Positions 11,771 to 23,830 of a stretch of 64,000 nt of DNA are shown piece by piece. A program made the position numbers and the translations under genes. Origin of the DNA: an uncultured Acidobacteriota bacterium (GTDB taxonomy: Bacteria; Acidobacteriota; UBA6911); the NCBI GenBank assembly GCA_963827655.1, contig CAWHCF010000026.1:96001-160000 (forward strand), given 5' to 3'. Under the pieces are notes generated by a model. That model was not told where the DNA came from. It worked only from the letters and a program-made list of their open reading frames with translations, and did not search any database. The number at the start of each line of letters is the position of its first letter. Positions within the stretch are counted from its first letter, which is position 1.

Positions 11771-12739
11771 ATGAAAGAAATCTGGCGAGTCCGTGAATTC
11801 AGCACTCTGATAATCCTGATGCTCGAAGTCGCGTTTTTTACCTGGTATCTCTGGCCGGAGACGGACCGGAGCCATCCTTTCTTGAACTGGAGCAACGGGA
11901 TACTCATTTTGAAGTACTCCTCGATCTATGGCATCGCGGCAATCGGCGCCGCCATGGTGATCATTTCCGGCGGAGTGGATCTCGCGCCCGGCGCCGTTAT
12001 TGCCATGTCCGGCGTCGTCACCGGTCACATGCTCGTGATCTCGGGGTATGGGCTGCCGGTTTGCGTAATCGGAGGGCTCCTGGTCGGGTTAGTCTCGGGT
12101 CTGATCAGCTCGGCGCTGGTCGTTCTGGTTCGCCTTCCTCCTTTCATCGCCACCCTCGGTGTCATGGGAATCACCCGAGGGCTTGCCTTCATAGTCACTG
12201 AGGGCCGCTATTACGATCTTTCCAGCAAGCTGCCTCCTGGCTGGAGACCGATCGGAATCCCTGCGGATTGGCTTGCGCCCATAGCCATGGTGTTGCTCGC
12301 AGCCGTTTTTCAGATTCTGATGAAGAATTTCCAGTGGGGCCGGTCTGTCTTCGCGCTGGGAGGGAACGAGACAGCGGCATTGTTTTCCGGCATTCGAATT
12401 GGCCGCGTGAAGACGCTGGTGTACACATTGGCCGGCTTGCTGGCCGCGATTTCGGGCGTGATTCTCGTGTTGGTTCAAGGGCAGGCCAAGGCCGATCTTG
12501 CAACCGGTTACGAATTGGATATCATCGCTTCAGCCGTTGTGGGCGGGGCCAGCCTGTCAGGCGGACGCGGCTCGGTAGCGGGAGCGGTCTTGGGAACTCT
12601 CATCTTCGGGGTCTTGCGTAATGCGCTGCCCCAGATTCCGGGCGCAACTTTTTATGACCGGTTGATCGTCGGGCTGGTTGTGGTCGTCATCGTGGTGATG
12701 GATCAATTGATTGCCAAGAAAGGCAAGGAGGGTCGATGA
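11771..12739 (+). CDS. Sugar ABC transporter permease (RbsC-like)
   Basis: GGVDL, PPFIATLG, GGNETAA, YELDIIA, GGASLSGG motifs. Confidence 0.92.
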   Translation: MKEIWRVREFSTLIILMLEVAFFTWYLWPETDRSHPFLNWSNGILILKYSSIYGIAAIGAAMVIISGGVDLAPGAVIAMSGVVTGHMLVISGYGLPVCVIGGLLVGLVSGLISSALVVLVRLPPFIATLGVMGITRGLAFIVTEGRYYDLSSKLPPGWRPIGIPADWLAPIAMVLLAAVFQILMKNFQWGRSVFALGGNETAALFSGIRIGRVKTLVYTLAGLLAAISGVILVLVQGQAKADLATGYELDIIASAVVGGASLSGGRGSVAGAVLGTLIFGVLRNALPQIPGATFYDRLIVGLVVVVIVVMDQLIAKKGKEGR

Positions 12740-13687
12740 GGAGATGTTGGATTCTGTCCATACTCCTGGGTTTTCTCGCCGTAGCGCTGTGGCTCGGGCG
12801 GGAAAGAGGTGAAGGGAGTCAAGTATCGGTTTGCAGTCATTCCAAAAGCCCTGGATCTGCCTGTCTTCAACTACGCCCGTACCGGCGCGGAACGGGCGGC
12901 AAAAGAAATCGGAAACGTCGAGGTCATCTGGCGCGCGCCTGAAACAGCCGATCAGCTCAAGCAAAAGGAAATTCTCGAATCCTTCATAACCCAGCGCGTC
13001 GACGGCATCGCAATTTCCTGCACCAACGGCGATTTTCTCACCGAGACGATCAACAAGGCCATGGACACTGGTATTCCGGTCATCACCTGGGATGCGGACG
13101 CGCCCAAGTCCAAACGCATCGCTTACTACGGCGTCGACGATTTTGCTTCCGGGAAAATACTGGGAGAAGAAGCCGCGAAATTGATCGGAGGCAAGGGAAA
13201 GGTCGCCCTGATAACCAGCATAGGCGCTTACAATCTCCAGAGGCGCCTGGATGGGGTTCAGGAGAGTATAGGAAAGTATCCCGGCATTCAGGCGGTGGAG
13301 ATCTTCGATATCAAGGAGGACACGGTGCGCTGCGCCGAGATCATTGCCTCGGCAACCAACAAGTACGGGGATCTCGATGCCTGGATCTCGGTCGGGGGAT
13401 GGCCGATTTTCAGCCGCAATGCGCTTGATCCCATCGATCCGAAGCGAACCAAGGTCGCCTGCTTCGATACCATTCCGCCCGGTCCTGACATTCTGAAGGC
13501 GGGGAAAGTACAGGTACTCATAGGACAGAAGTACTTCGGCTGGGGAGAGGAATCAGTTCGTCTGCTTTCCGGGATCAAGGCAGGGAAGTACCCGGCCAAG
13601 ACAATCATCGACTCCGGGGTCGACGTTGTGACTCAGTCGAATGTGGACGAGTACGTCGCTCAGTGGAAAAAGCTGGAAAACCCGTAG
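12736..13687 (+). CDS. Sugar ABC periplasmic binding protein (signal peptide frameshifted from the body)
   Basis: Signal-like ORF from 12736 (ATGA overlap with permease) joins 12809..13687 with VDGIAIS and PVITWDAD. Confidence 0.85.
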
Positions 13688-13790
13688 TGTTTTGGCTTCT
13701 TCGCGTGGATTTCGTTTTCCCATTCACCGCCAAGACCCGAGAGAGCATGCCGGCAATCGAAATGATTGATTCTGGGCATCACTTGGTTCT

Positions 13791-16139
13791 CTAAAAGCCA
13801 ACACGGCGTAGCAAGTCCTTGAACTGCGGGTCGGAACGGAGGCCTTCCAGCCGTGGCTCGCCCTTGAGGTGACAAAGCCACTGCGAGCGTTCCTCATATG
13901 CCTTTTCCAGCCAGTGTAGCGCCTGATTCTTCTCGCGGAGTCCCGCGTAGATGAAGGCGACGTGGTGCGAGGAGACGTATCGTCGCATGGCAAGTTCACG
14001 TATGCTGATCGATAGCTTTCTGGGCCTCCTTTCGGTTGCCCGCCGCCGCGTGTGCGTAGCCCAGGGTCGCAATGGCGTCGGTGTCCCCTGGAGAGAGGTC
14101 GAGGGCTTTCTTCGTTTCCGCTATAGATTCCGCATGCAGTCCCTTTTTTGCATAAACGAGGCCGAGGCCGGAATGCGCAGTAACGGAGTTCGGATCCAGG
14201 TCGAGCATTTTCCGGTACTGTTCGATAGCCTCATCCAAGCGCCCCGCCCAATAGAATTCCGAGCCCAGAGCGGCATTGATCCTGGGAGAGAGTGGATCCA
14301 GGTCCAAAGCACGCTTGATCTCTGGCATGGCTTCGTCCAGGCGGCCTAGACGCGTCAACAAGACCGAATACCACAGGTGCGCTTCCGCATTGTTAGGGTC
14401 GCTCGCTATGGCCTTCCTAGCTTCCACCTCCGCATTCAGCCAATCGCGTTCGTGAACAAATCTGACCAGGGAGAGCGATATGTGCGCTTCCGGGAGCGTT
14501 TCATCAAGCTCTACCGCCCTGATGGCGGCTGCCCTCGCTCGCCCGGCGGTCTCCATCGGCGGGTCGGGAATATCACCCAGCACCCAGCAGTCGGCCACTC
14601 CTGCATACGCCAGAGCGTATCCAGGGTCCTTGGCGATTGCCTGCTGAAAGTACTGGATTCCTTTTTTGACACCCTCTTCGGTCCGTTTGTACCAGTAATG
14701 GCGGCCCTGCAAATAAAGGCGATACGCTTCGGCGTTTTCCGTGTAGCGTCGCGTGAGTCGCTTTTGTTGCTCCTGCGTCAACTTCGATCGCAGTTGGCGC
14801 GAGATGTCTTTCGCGATTTCCTCCTGCAGCCAAAGGACGTCTGCCATCTTCCGGTTGTAGCGCTCTCCCCAAAGACTTCTGTTGCTTTGCGTGTCTACGA
14901 GCTCGGCACTGATAGACAGATTCTCTCCGCGCTGCACAACCCGACCGGTAACAACAGCCTGTACGTTCAGGTCACGCCCCACTGCCTGCGGGCCGGTGTC
15001 TCGCCCCTTGTAACGGAAGACAGCGCTGCGCGACATGACGGCAAGCTGCGGCAATTGTGAGAGGTTGTAAATAAGGCTCTCGGTGATCCCGTCGCCGAGA
15101 TAGTCTGCGTCGGGATCGCCGCTCGCAGTGACTGAAGGGCAGGACAGCAAGTGATTCGATCGCTCCAGCGGGATGTCCCCTGGCCATAAACCAGTAGAGA
15201 GAAAGACCAACCAGCAGGACCGCCACCATGGCTGCGATCCAAATGGGTCGTCGAAGGAGAAGCCCGAAGGCTGACTCAGAAGACTGGGACGCTTCGGAAG
15301 GGCTCACAATTGCCTTCAATGCGAAAGCGAGATCGTGCGCAGAATGGAATCGCTCTCCCGGATTCTTTTCCAGACAGTGGACCGTCACACGTTCCAGTTC
15401 GGCAGGAATCTCCTTTGCTAAGGACCCTAGTGGCAGCGGGTCATCCTTCAAGGTCGCCGCCAGCGCTTCGCCGGCTGACGGGCTGGCGAAAGCTCGCCGC
15501 CCGGATAACATTTCATAAAGGACGCACCCGAACGAGAAGATGTCGCTTGCAGCGTCGACACGAACGCCGCGTATCTGCTCCGGCGACATATAACCCAACG
15601 TCCCCATCACCGTTCCTGGCTCAGTCTCGGTCGGCGGAGAGGCCTCGATCTCTGGTGCGGGCGTCCATCGCGCCAGACCGAAGTCCAGAATCTTTACGCG
15701 CCCTTCGGAGGTCAGGAAGATGTTCTCGGGTTTCAGATCTCGGTGGATGATTCCTTTGGAATGGGCAGCCGAAAGACCCTCTGCAATAGCGACGCCAGCG
15801 TCAACCGCTTTGCGCCAGGAAAGAGTCCCGCGGGCGAGACGGCTGCGAAGCGTCTCACCCTCCAGTAACTCCATCACCGCATAGGTAATGCCCCGATCGG
15901 TTCCGAAATCGTGAATGGCCAGGATATTGGGATGTGACAACGCTGCTACCGCCCTGGCCTCGCGCTCAAACCGCGCCAGGGCTTGCGGGTTGTTGGCCAA
16001 ATGCTCGGGCAAGACTTTGATGGCTACGTCGCGCCCGAGACGGGAGTCCCTGGCGCGATACACTTCTCCCATGCCGCCGGCTGCCGACGGGCGCGAGAAT
16101 TTCGTAAGGGCCCAGACACGTCCCGATGGAGACCGACAT
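13791..16139 (-). CDS. Ser/Thr protein kinase with TolB-like and TPR C-terminal domains (several frameshifts)
   Basis: LGPYEILA..GGMGEVY, VAIK, HRDLKPEN, DFG in 14972..16144; TPRs in 13996..15210; LRSDPQF tail. Confidence 0.88.
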
Positions 16140-16242
16140 AACAAGCCTGATTCTAGCGGATAGAGCGCCTATAAGTCGCGTCTTTGTGGTCAGTGCGGAG
16201 GAACAAGAAACTACCACCAAGACGCAAAGACACGAAGAAACG

Positions 16243-17100
16243 CTAGCCCAGCTCGGGTCCTGCGACGCCGCATACCCAGCTCGGATTTCCGGGATAATTG
16301 TTTGGACCCCGGTACATGCGGGTCAGGGGACGTTGGAACTGAAATCCCATCATTCTGACCAGTGTTCCCGCTTCCGGATGCATCTGAGAGATGTCTACAA
16401 AAACCGGTTCATTCTCTACGCGACGTAAGAATTCACGCGCCAATTCCTCCGCGACTCCGGTATCCGGCTTCGCGACCCAGGGGCCGAGATAGTGAGCGCG
16501 CGTGCCGGCTCGGCCGAGAACATAGCCGGCAACTTCGCCCTCCTGGTATACGACCGCTGAATACCGGGAGTTTTCCTGCCAGAGCGATTCGAGAAGCCGC
16601 GATCGGTCTGCGCCAAAGACCGAGCGGTCCAATTCGCAAACTCGCGCCAGATCCGCGCGCTTCATAATCTGCAGGCCGGCGCCTTTCACGGCGCGAGATA
16701 CCCCTTCCCAGCGCTCGATGCCATATTCGTCGACAAATCCGCGCTGCACGTAGACGGTGCGTCCCATCGGCGTGGCGTCGAGTTTGACTGTTTCTACTCC
16801 TGCCGTCTCCAGTGCCGAGATGCCCGCTTCCAGCAAACGCGTGCCTATCCCTTGCCGCCGATATTCCGGATCCACGAGCACCATGCTGACCCACCCGAAG
16901 CGCTTTTCGAAGTCGAGGGTTGTAACGGTGCCGCGGATGCGGTCCTCGACGCAGGCTACGAAGCAGCCCGAGGGCTCCATCTTCAAGAAGCGTTGCCAAT
17001 CCTGTTCGGTCTGGTTCCAGCCGGCGAGCTCACGGAGCCGCATCCCGTCAGGAATGTCGGCCGCAGTCATGGGCCGGATGGTCGTTATGGAGCTTTTCAT
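16243..17100 (-). CDS. Tandem GNAT acetyltransferase
   Basis: VDPEYRRQGIG, LDATPMG, FGADR motifs. Confidence 0.85.
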   Translation of the reverse strand: MKSSITTIRPMTAADIPDGMRLRELAGWNQTEQDWQRFLKMEPSGCFVACVEDRIRGTVTTLDFEKRFGWVSMVLVDPEYRRQGIGTRLLEAGISALETAGVETVKLDATPMGRTVYVQRGFVDEYGIERWEGVSRAVKGAGLQIMKRADLARVCELDRSVFGADRSRLLESLWQENSRYSAVVYQEGEVAGYVLGRAGTRAHYLGPWVAKPDTGVAEELAREFLRRVENEPVFVDISQMHPEAGTLVRMMGFQFQRPLTRMYRGPNNYPGNPSWVCGVAGPELG

Positions 17101-17146
17101 AGGAAGCGTTACTCATTCTGAATTGAAGCCCCGAAAGATACAATGA

Positions 17147-17230
17147 GATTGACGATTTACGATTTACGATTGACGATTGATCCTCAATGGGTGATTTCAA
17201 TCGTCAATCGTCAATCGTAAATCGTCAATC
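17147..17230. repeat. Inverted array of heptamer repeats (GATT[G/T]AC)n...(GT[C/A]AATC)n
   Basis: Two 34-bp arms with one mismatch, in a divergent intergenic region. Confidence 0.9.
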
Positions 17231-17244
17231 GTAGGGGGGTTCCA

Positions 17245-18135
17245 ATGTCGTACTACCATCGCAGGCAGGTTTTGCGGGCTGGCATCGTCGCGCTGGGCAA
17301 CTTTGTGATCGGGGGACCGCTGCCGCGAGATGCGGAAGCGCAGGGACGCCGCGGCATCTTTGATGCCCATCTGCACATACCGAGCGACAACGGCGAGAAC
17401 TTCCAGTGGTACCTGGTCACCAGGAACATGAGCGAGTTCGTAGCCTACCTTGACAAGTGCGGGGTCCGGCGCGGAGTCATTTCATCTTCGTGGAGCAATA
17501 AAGCCCAGACGCCCGAGGACTACCGCCAGGGGAACCGCGAGGTGGCAAAATATGTGGACCGTTACAAGGGGCGCTTCCGGGGAAGCTGCGTCATCACTCC
17601 GTTTCGAATTGACGAAGCTTTGCGTGAAATCGAGGAATGTCACAAACAGTATGGTTTTGTCTGGCTCGGGGAGTTTTGCAACTACATGACCGGGTACAAG
17701 TACGATACGCCGGAGTGGGCCGAAGTGATGAAACTGGCCACGAAGCTGAACCTGGTGGTGCAGATCCACACCAACGCGCGAGAGATGCAATACCTGGCAG
17801 AGAACTTCCCCGAGACCACCATCGTGTTTCCGCACCTTGGGGGTAATCGCGATGACATTTCCGCCCGGATTGCGACGGTCGCCAGCCACAAGAACACGCA
17901 CATCGAACTCTCGGGATCGGGAATCGAGCGCGTGGGGATTCTGGAACGCGCGGTCAAGGAGATCGGCGCCGACCGGGTACTCTACGGGTCCGACTTCACC
18001 ATCAATGAGCCTTCGGCCGTCATCGCGCGCGTGCAAAACGCCTTCCTGACGGCAGAAGAGCGCGAGAAGATCCTGTACCGGAACGTCGAGCGGCTTCTGG
18101 CGCGCGCTGGTTCCGGCAATGCCAAGACGGCTTAG
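17245..18135 (+). CDS. Amidohydrolase-family protein, probable Tat substrate
   Basis: HRRQVL twin-Arg signal, DAHLH, PHLG, YGSDF. Confidence 0.85.
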   Translation: MSYYHRRQVLRAGIVALGNFVIGGPLPRDAEAQGRRGIFDAHLHIPSDNGENFQWYLVTRNMSEFVAYLDKCGVRRGVISSSWSNKAQTPEDYRQGNREVAKYVDRYKGRFRGSCVITPFRIDEALREIEECHKQYGFVWLGEFCNYMTGYKYDTPEWAEVMKLATKLNLVVQIHTNAREMQYLAENFPETTIVFPHLGGNRDDISARIATVASHKNTHIELSGSGIERVGILERAVKEIGADRVLYGSDFTINEPSAVIARVQNAFLTAEEREKILYRNVERLLARAGSGNAKTA

Positions 18136-18174
18136 CGTAGCGTCTTGGCGTCTTCGCGGTAACAAAAATTCTGC

Positions 18175-20885
18175 TCACTGAAAATTCTCGACCAGCGTGA
18201 GGTCGCTTTCGATCGAATCCACCTGGACATAGAGAATCCAGCGGCCGTCTGGAGACACTGCGAAGTGAGTGGTGGTTGGGTAAATCTTGGTTTCCTTAGG
18301 TAGCGTGACGACTTCGGTTAACTGGCGTGTGGATGGTCGGAAAAATTGGATGACAGGGCCAGATGTCTCCCGCGTGGTGAGCAGAAAGAGGCCTTGCTCG
18401 ATCACGGCCCATCCCCCTGGTTGCCGGCGTCCAGCACCTGGGCTTCCTCGCCACCCTCCACCGGAACCCGCCAGATGCCGGGGACGTCGCGCTTGTGATA
18501 GTAGACGGACTTGCCATCCGGCGATTCGAAGGCTTCGCGCCCGCCCTTCCTGGTCACCTGCACGGCCGGCCCGCCTTCGGAGGGGAGCTTCCACACTTGC
18601 CAGGTCCCGGTACGGTCGGAGCCGAAGTAGATCCATCGGCCGTTGCCCGACCAGCTCGGCCGCACCTCGTCCGAGGGCTCCGTCGGTGAGACGCCGGGGC
18701 GCCCCTCCGTCGGCGCGGACCACGTAAATGTCTCTGCGCCCCTCATGCACTGAGTCGAATGCAATGCGCTGGCCGTCGGGAGACCAGCGCGGGGTCCCCA
18801 CGGGAGGACCGCCGAAGGATGTTACCTGCACCGAGTTCAGACCCCCGCTGTCGCAAACCCAGATCTCTTCATTTCCCGAGCGCGATGAATTGAACGCGAT
18901 TCGTTTGCCATCAGGAGAGAACTGAGGACTTATGTCCCTGCGCGTCGATGCGATCAGCTTGACAGGTGAGCCTGCTTTGCCGGTTGCGGGGCCCCGGGAC
19001 CGGAGATAAAGGTCCCTCCACGCGCCAGATATTCGTGTCCTGAATTTGCTGAGCGTAGACCAGGCGGGTAGCAACCCGGGAGCCTCCCTGCAATCGATGG
19101 GGAGTAGGCATTCTCTGTGCCTACAACCAGCCGCTGGGGTGCGTTCGGTCCGGGAGAATCGACAGAGACTCTCCACAAGCTGCGGCCGCCCTCGCGATTC
19201 GAGGAGAAGACGATGCCAAGGCTGTCAGGAGTCCAATCCAGACCTAAGAATGTTGCGTTCGTCGAAAGTCAGGCGTCTGGGTTCGCCCGCTGGCATGCCG
19301 TTGTCGGTTACGGGTAGAACAAAGATCTCCTTAGACGCCAGGCGTGAAAGCTCTAACAAAGGCCAGCATCCTGCCATCAGGGGAGAAGGTGGGAGACCGA
19401 TCCCCATACTGCGCAGGCGGATGACGTCAGTTTCTTTTTCTCGCCCGTCTCGACAGAAAGCAAGAAGATGCCGAGAGACTCCTGCGGCGAGGTTCTCTCC
19501 ACGATCGCGACGGATTTCCCGTCGGGCGACCAGGCCGGTCGAGAACGGCTTGCCTCGAGAAAGCCTTCGAGCGATCCAGAGAGTTCCGGTCCCGCCGACT
19601 CCCCCAGTTTTCGTTCAGACCCGCCCAGGGCGGGAACCATCATGATCTCGGTGCCGCCTTGAGACTGGCGATAAAAAGCGACGTAGCGGCCGTCCGGTGA
19701 CCAGGCCGGACCGAAATCATCGGCGGGGTTCGTTGTGAGCCTCAGCGGCGCTCCGGCATCGATTTGTTTGATATAGATCTCAAAGTTGTTGGCTCCTTCA
19801 CCGTCCCACGCGAATGCAACGAACCTTCCATCGGGCGACAAGGCGGGGTCAATCTCCCGGCCGGGAAAACTTGTGAGGGGTGCGGTTTTCGGAAGGGGCT
19901 TCGCTGGCTCACTGCTGGGACGGGCGAGTCGAAACCAGAGCGCAGCACCGATGAGCAAAACCAAAGCCAAAGCGCCCGCCGCCATCCACCCGATTGCCTT
20001 CCGAGACGGTCCTGTCGTTGCCATGGGGCCGGATTCCGACTCTTCCTTCAGTTCTTCCAGCCTCAGCTTGACCTCGTCCATTTGCTTGAAACGTCGCTCC
20101 GGATCCTTACGCAGGCACCGCAGTATGATCCTTTCCAGTTCGGGCGGGACGCCGGGGCTGATCTGGCTTGGAGCCGGTGGTTCCTGAGTGAGTACGGCGG
20201 CCATCGTGGCCGCTTTCGACTCACCCGCAAACGCCCGGCGCCCCGTCACCATCTCGTAAAGCACGGCGCCGAACGAGAAAATGTCCGAGCGGGCATCAAC
20301 TTCCTTGCCGTTGGCTTGCTCCGGCGACATGTAGGCAACGGTTCCAACGATCGCGCCCTCTTCCGTTCTTGGGCGCGTCGTTTGAGTGGTGCTCGAGTGG
20401 TTGCCATCTTCAGGCTCACTGAGTTTCGCCAGCCCGAAGTCAAGGATCTTTACCTGAAGCTTGTCGCTCACCATGATGTTGCCGGGCTTGATGTCGCGGT
20501 GGATGATGCCCACAGCATGTGCCGCCGCCAGGGCATCCGCGATCTGCACGCCGCATTTAACCACGTCAGGGATTGCGAGTCCCTTCCGGCCTATCAACTC
20601 CTCGAGGGTCGTCCCTTCCACGTACTCCATAGCGATGAAGTCCACGCCCCCGGTCGTGTCAATATCGTAGGTGTGAAGGATGTTGGGATGATTGAGCGCC
20701 GACGCCGCCTTGGCTTCTTGCACGAAACGCTTCTTGCGGTCCGAGTTGGCCACCGCCTCAGCAGGCAGCACTTTGACCGCTACCGCGCGGTCGAGGTGCA
20801 TGTCATGGGCCTTGTAGACCACACCCATGCCCCCCTGGCCGAGCTTCAATTCAATCCGGTAGTGGCCAAGCGTCTGGCCGATCAT
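18175..20885 (-). CDS. Ser/Thr protein kinase with PD40/TolB-like beta-propeller (several frameshifts)
   Basis: MIGQTLGHYRI, HRDIKPGN, DFGLAK; repeated WSPDG/FSPDG motifs across frames; SDLTLVENFQ end. Confidence 0.88.
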
Positions 20886-20968
20886 AGTCAGGCTCTCTGA
20901 TGGAAGGAGTCATAGTACTCCAAAAACTCCTTCGCGTCTTTGCGTTCTTCGCGGGAAACGAATTGCGG

Positions 20969-21196
20969 TCAGCGTGGCCGGCGGAAAGCGTCCAGAGACC
21001 AGGTGTCGCCGGTCTCATCGTGTCTCAGGACGTAAATATTACCGTCGCTCGCGCGCACACGAAAATATATCGCCGATGGGGAATACCACTGGTCCTCGAC
21101 TTCTTCGACCTCCAGGGTTTGCTCACCCAGAGTGAAGCGGAGCGGGCGTTGGTCGCCGCGGTGACCGGCATAACACTGCACACGAAGTTCACCCAC
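20969..21196 (-). CDS. Small conserved hypothetical protein
   Basis: LRVQCYAGHRGDQRPLRF...DQWYSP...YFRVRASDGNIYVLR, a protein-like 76-codon ORF. Confidence 0.65.
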   Translation of the reverse strand: MGELRVQCYAGHRGDQRPLRFTLGEQTLEVEEVEDQWYSPSAIYFRVRASDGNIYVLRHDETGDTWSLDAFRRPR

Positions 21197-22476
21197 GGAA
21201 ATCGCCAAAACAAATACCACCAAGACTCAAAGGCACGAAGAAACACCTCAGAATCGCTTTTCACTTCTTTATCCGACGGCTTGTAGTCGCGCCACAACCA
21301 GCGCAGAGAATCAGGAAGGATGGCGCGGCCGTGGCGGTTACTGTGGAATCCGCGGCCGTATACGAACTTGTAGTCATAGCCGGCAAATTCCAACGCTTTC
21401 GACATCTGCAGGTTCGCCAGGGGCCAGCTGCCGTGAATGTTATCGAGATCGTTCTCGCCGTCCTGCAGGAAGACTCGAATGGGCTTTTTGGGCGTCTTGC
21501 GAATGAGCGCCGGGTAGTTGTGGCCGCCCTCGCGCAGCGTCTTGCCGCTTGCAATATTGGTAAAGCTGCCCACCCAGGAGAGGACCTTGCCGAACTCGGT
21601 CGGACGCTCCCAGGCCACGGTGAAAGCGCAGATGCCGCCGCTGCTGATTCCTGCGATGGCGCGGCTTGCCGGGTCGCGCCGCAGCGTCACGAGCTTTTCG
21701 GTTTCCGGCAGGATCTCTTCGAGCAGGAAACGCGCGTACTGATCGGAGAGGGTATCGTATTCGAAACTTCGATTCCTTTTGCCGTCTGCGAACACGCCTG
21801 GATCGATAAAGATCCCGGCCGTCACGGGCATGTCACCCGAGGCAATCAGGTTGTCGAAGACCGTCGGGACAAACTCCGCGTAGCCTCTGCCGTCCTGGAA
21901 AACCATGACGCAGGCAGGCTTCCCGGCCTGGTATTGCGCGGGCACATAGATCCACCAGTCGCGCGAGGTTCCCGAGAACACCTGGCTCCGCCACGTTGGC
22001 ATTTGTTTGACGGTCCCTTTGGGAACACCCGTTTTCTCCAGGCTGTCGGGGTGAGGAGCATAGGCTTCGACATTGCCGGAGCCGAGCCGCTTCCCGTCAA
22101 CCTGGTAGACCGTTTTCATCACCGTTCCATCCGCCAGCGGCGCGACGGCAGCATAGAGATCGGTCGTTCCGACGCGCGCGAGCTTCAGGCTGAACTTGCC
22201 ATCCTCTGAAACGACCTGCGGGATGCCCGATGCGCCGGGAATCTCGATGGCCCAGGCCGCCAGCAGGCCATCGATCCTCGGCGTTCCCCCTTTGAGCACG
22301 TTTTCTTTGCCAAAGTACTCGCGTATACGCTCGGCCAGCCGTTCGGCCTCGCTCCCCTGCGGGGACGACGCCAGCGCCGCCTGAAGCTCTTTCGGTGTCA
22401 GAGGGACTTGCTGGACGGCAAATGCCAGCGCGGCGATGGTGACGAACAAAAGTACGGACCAATGATCTATTTTCAT
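21025..22476 (-). CDS. Enterochelin-esterase-like alpha/beta hydrolase (true stop probably near 21270)
   Basis: RSFEYD, GISSGG, QDGEND, WLWRDY; the tail runs through a dispersed repeat into the next gene. Confidence 0.8.
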   Translation of the reverse strand: MKIDHWSVLLFVTIAALAFAVQQVPLTPKELQAALASSPQGSEAERLAERIREYFGKENVLKGGTPRIDGLLAAWAIEIPGASGIPQVVSEDGKFSLKLARVGTTDLYAAVAPLADGTVMKTVYQVDGKRLGSGNVEAYAPHPDSLEKTGVPKGTVKQMPTWRSQVFSGTSRDWWIYVPAQYQAGKPACVMVFQDGRGYAEFVPTVFDNLIASGDMPVTAGIFIDPGVFADGKRNRSFEYDTLSDQYARFLLEEILPETEKLVTLRRDPASRAIAGISSGGICAFTVAWERPTEFGKVLSWVGSFTNIASGKTLREGGHNYPALIRKTPKKPIRVFLQDGENDLDNIHGSWPLANLQMSKALEFAGYDYKFVYGRGFHSNRHGRAILPDSLRWLWRDYKPSDKEVKSDSEVFLRAFESWWYLFWRFPWVNFVCSVMPVTAATNARSASLWVSKPWRSKKSRTSGIPHRRYIFVCARATVIFTS

Positions 22477-22540
22477 ACGTTCGCCTCTCTATCTGTGGTA
22501 TTTGTGGGCGGGCTTTTCCGAACATACTAGGTCAGCTACG

Positions 22541-23815
22541 ATGAATTCAACGACTTTTATGCAAGCTACTGATTCGACGGTGGAGCTCAAAACCTCTCCC
22601 CAGCGCTGGTGGCTGATGGCTTTGCTGGTTACCGGCATGATTTTCTGCTACGCGCAGCGTGGCGCCCTCTCCGTGGCCGCGCCTTCGATGATGCAGGAGC
22701 TCAACCTGTCGCGCGGCGTGATGGGAATACTCCTGTCCGCGTTTTTTTGGACTTACTCTTTCATGCAAATGCCTGCCGGCTGGCTGGTCGACCGATTCGG
22801 CGTTAAGAAAGGATATGCGGTCGGGTACCTCGTGTGGTCGGCCGGCTCCGCGTTGACCGGCTTTGCCCGAGGCCTGCCGGCTCTGATTGGAGCCCGGATG
22901 CTTCTGGGCATTGGCCAGGCAGCCGCGTTTCCGGCAAGCGCCCGAGCGGTTGCAAACTGGTTCCAGGATCGTGAGCGCGGGACTGTCGCCGCCGGCTACT
23001 TGACTGGTGTCCGACTCGGCCAGGCATTGATCAATGCCGTTGGCTTCCTGCTCCTGGGGGCTCTCGGATTCAAGTTTTTCTTCCTCGCGATTGGCGTCGT
23101 GCCGCTGATCTGGCTTTTTCCCTGGTTTGCTTTTCTTGGGAGATGGGAGAAGAAGGAGAGCGCTCCGCGGGCGAGTGAGACGCAAAAAGCGGCCGCGCCC
23201 GGGCTCTCATTCGTCGAAGGTCTGGCGCTGTTCCGGCAGCGCAGCGTAATAGGGATCTTTCTCGGTTTCTTCGCCTTTGACTATGCCTGGTTTGTGTTTG
23301 TCAACTGGCTGCCAACCTACCTGCTGCAGGAGCGGAAATTCAGCAAGGAGGAAGCGGGAATCTATGGTTCGGTTCCCTTCGTGGTGATGTCCGTGGTTAT
23401 TGTGTTGTCGGGGATCACCAGCGATTGGTTGGTCCGGCGCGGCTATTCCGAAATCGCCGTGCGCAAATGGCTCATCAACATCGGTCTACTGGCAGCATGC
23501 CTGATCGTGCCGGCCGGCCTGGTGGAAGACAGGATGGCTTCGGTCGGGTTGCTGACGCTCTCGCTCTGTGGCCTCGGCATCTCGAGCCCGAATACCTGGA
23601 CATTGACCCAGGCCGTGTGTTCGAAAAATATCGTGGGAACAGTTTCAGGGATTCAAAACTTCGGCGGCAATGTCGGCGGGATTCTCGCGCCGGCAGTCAC
23701 AGGCTACATCGCGCACGTGACCGGATCCTATGCGCTGGCCTTCGCTCTTACGGGAGGGATTCTGATCTTCGGAATTTTCTCTTACTTCTTCCTCATCTCG
23801 CGCAGGGTCGAATGA
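22541..23815 (+). CDS. MFS transporter (ACS/DgoT sugar-acid-like)
   Basis: SAFFWTY, GWLVDRFG, WFQDRERG, GIQNFGGN. Confidence 0.92.
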   Translation: MNSTTFMQATDSTVELKTSPQRWWLMALLVTGMIFCYAQRGALSVAAPSMMQELNLSRGVMGILLSAFFWTYSFMQMPAGWLVDRFGVKKGYAVGYLVWSAGSALTGFARGLPALIGARMLLGIGQAAAFPASARAVANWFQDRERGTVAAGYLTGVRLGQALINAVGFLLLGALGFKFFFLAIGVVPLIWLFPWFAFLGRWEKKESAPRASETQKAAAPGLSFVEGLALFRQRSVIGIFLGFFAFDYAWFVFVNWLPTYLLQERKFSKEEAGIYGSVPFVVMSVVIVLSGITSDWLVRRGYSEIAVRKWLINIGLLAACLIVPAGLVEDRMASVGLLTLSLCGLGISSPNTWTLTQAVCSKNIVGTVSGIQNFGGNVGGILAPAVTGYIAHVTGSYALAFALTGGILIFGIFSYFFLISRRVE

Positions 23816-23830
23816 ATGGAGGGCCGACTC

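Noticed and set aside
21025-21270. C-terminal extension of the esterase overlapping the next gene
   Set aside because: Runs through a dispersed repeat; a single indel would restore a stop near 21270
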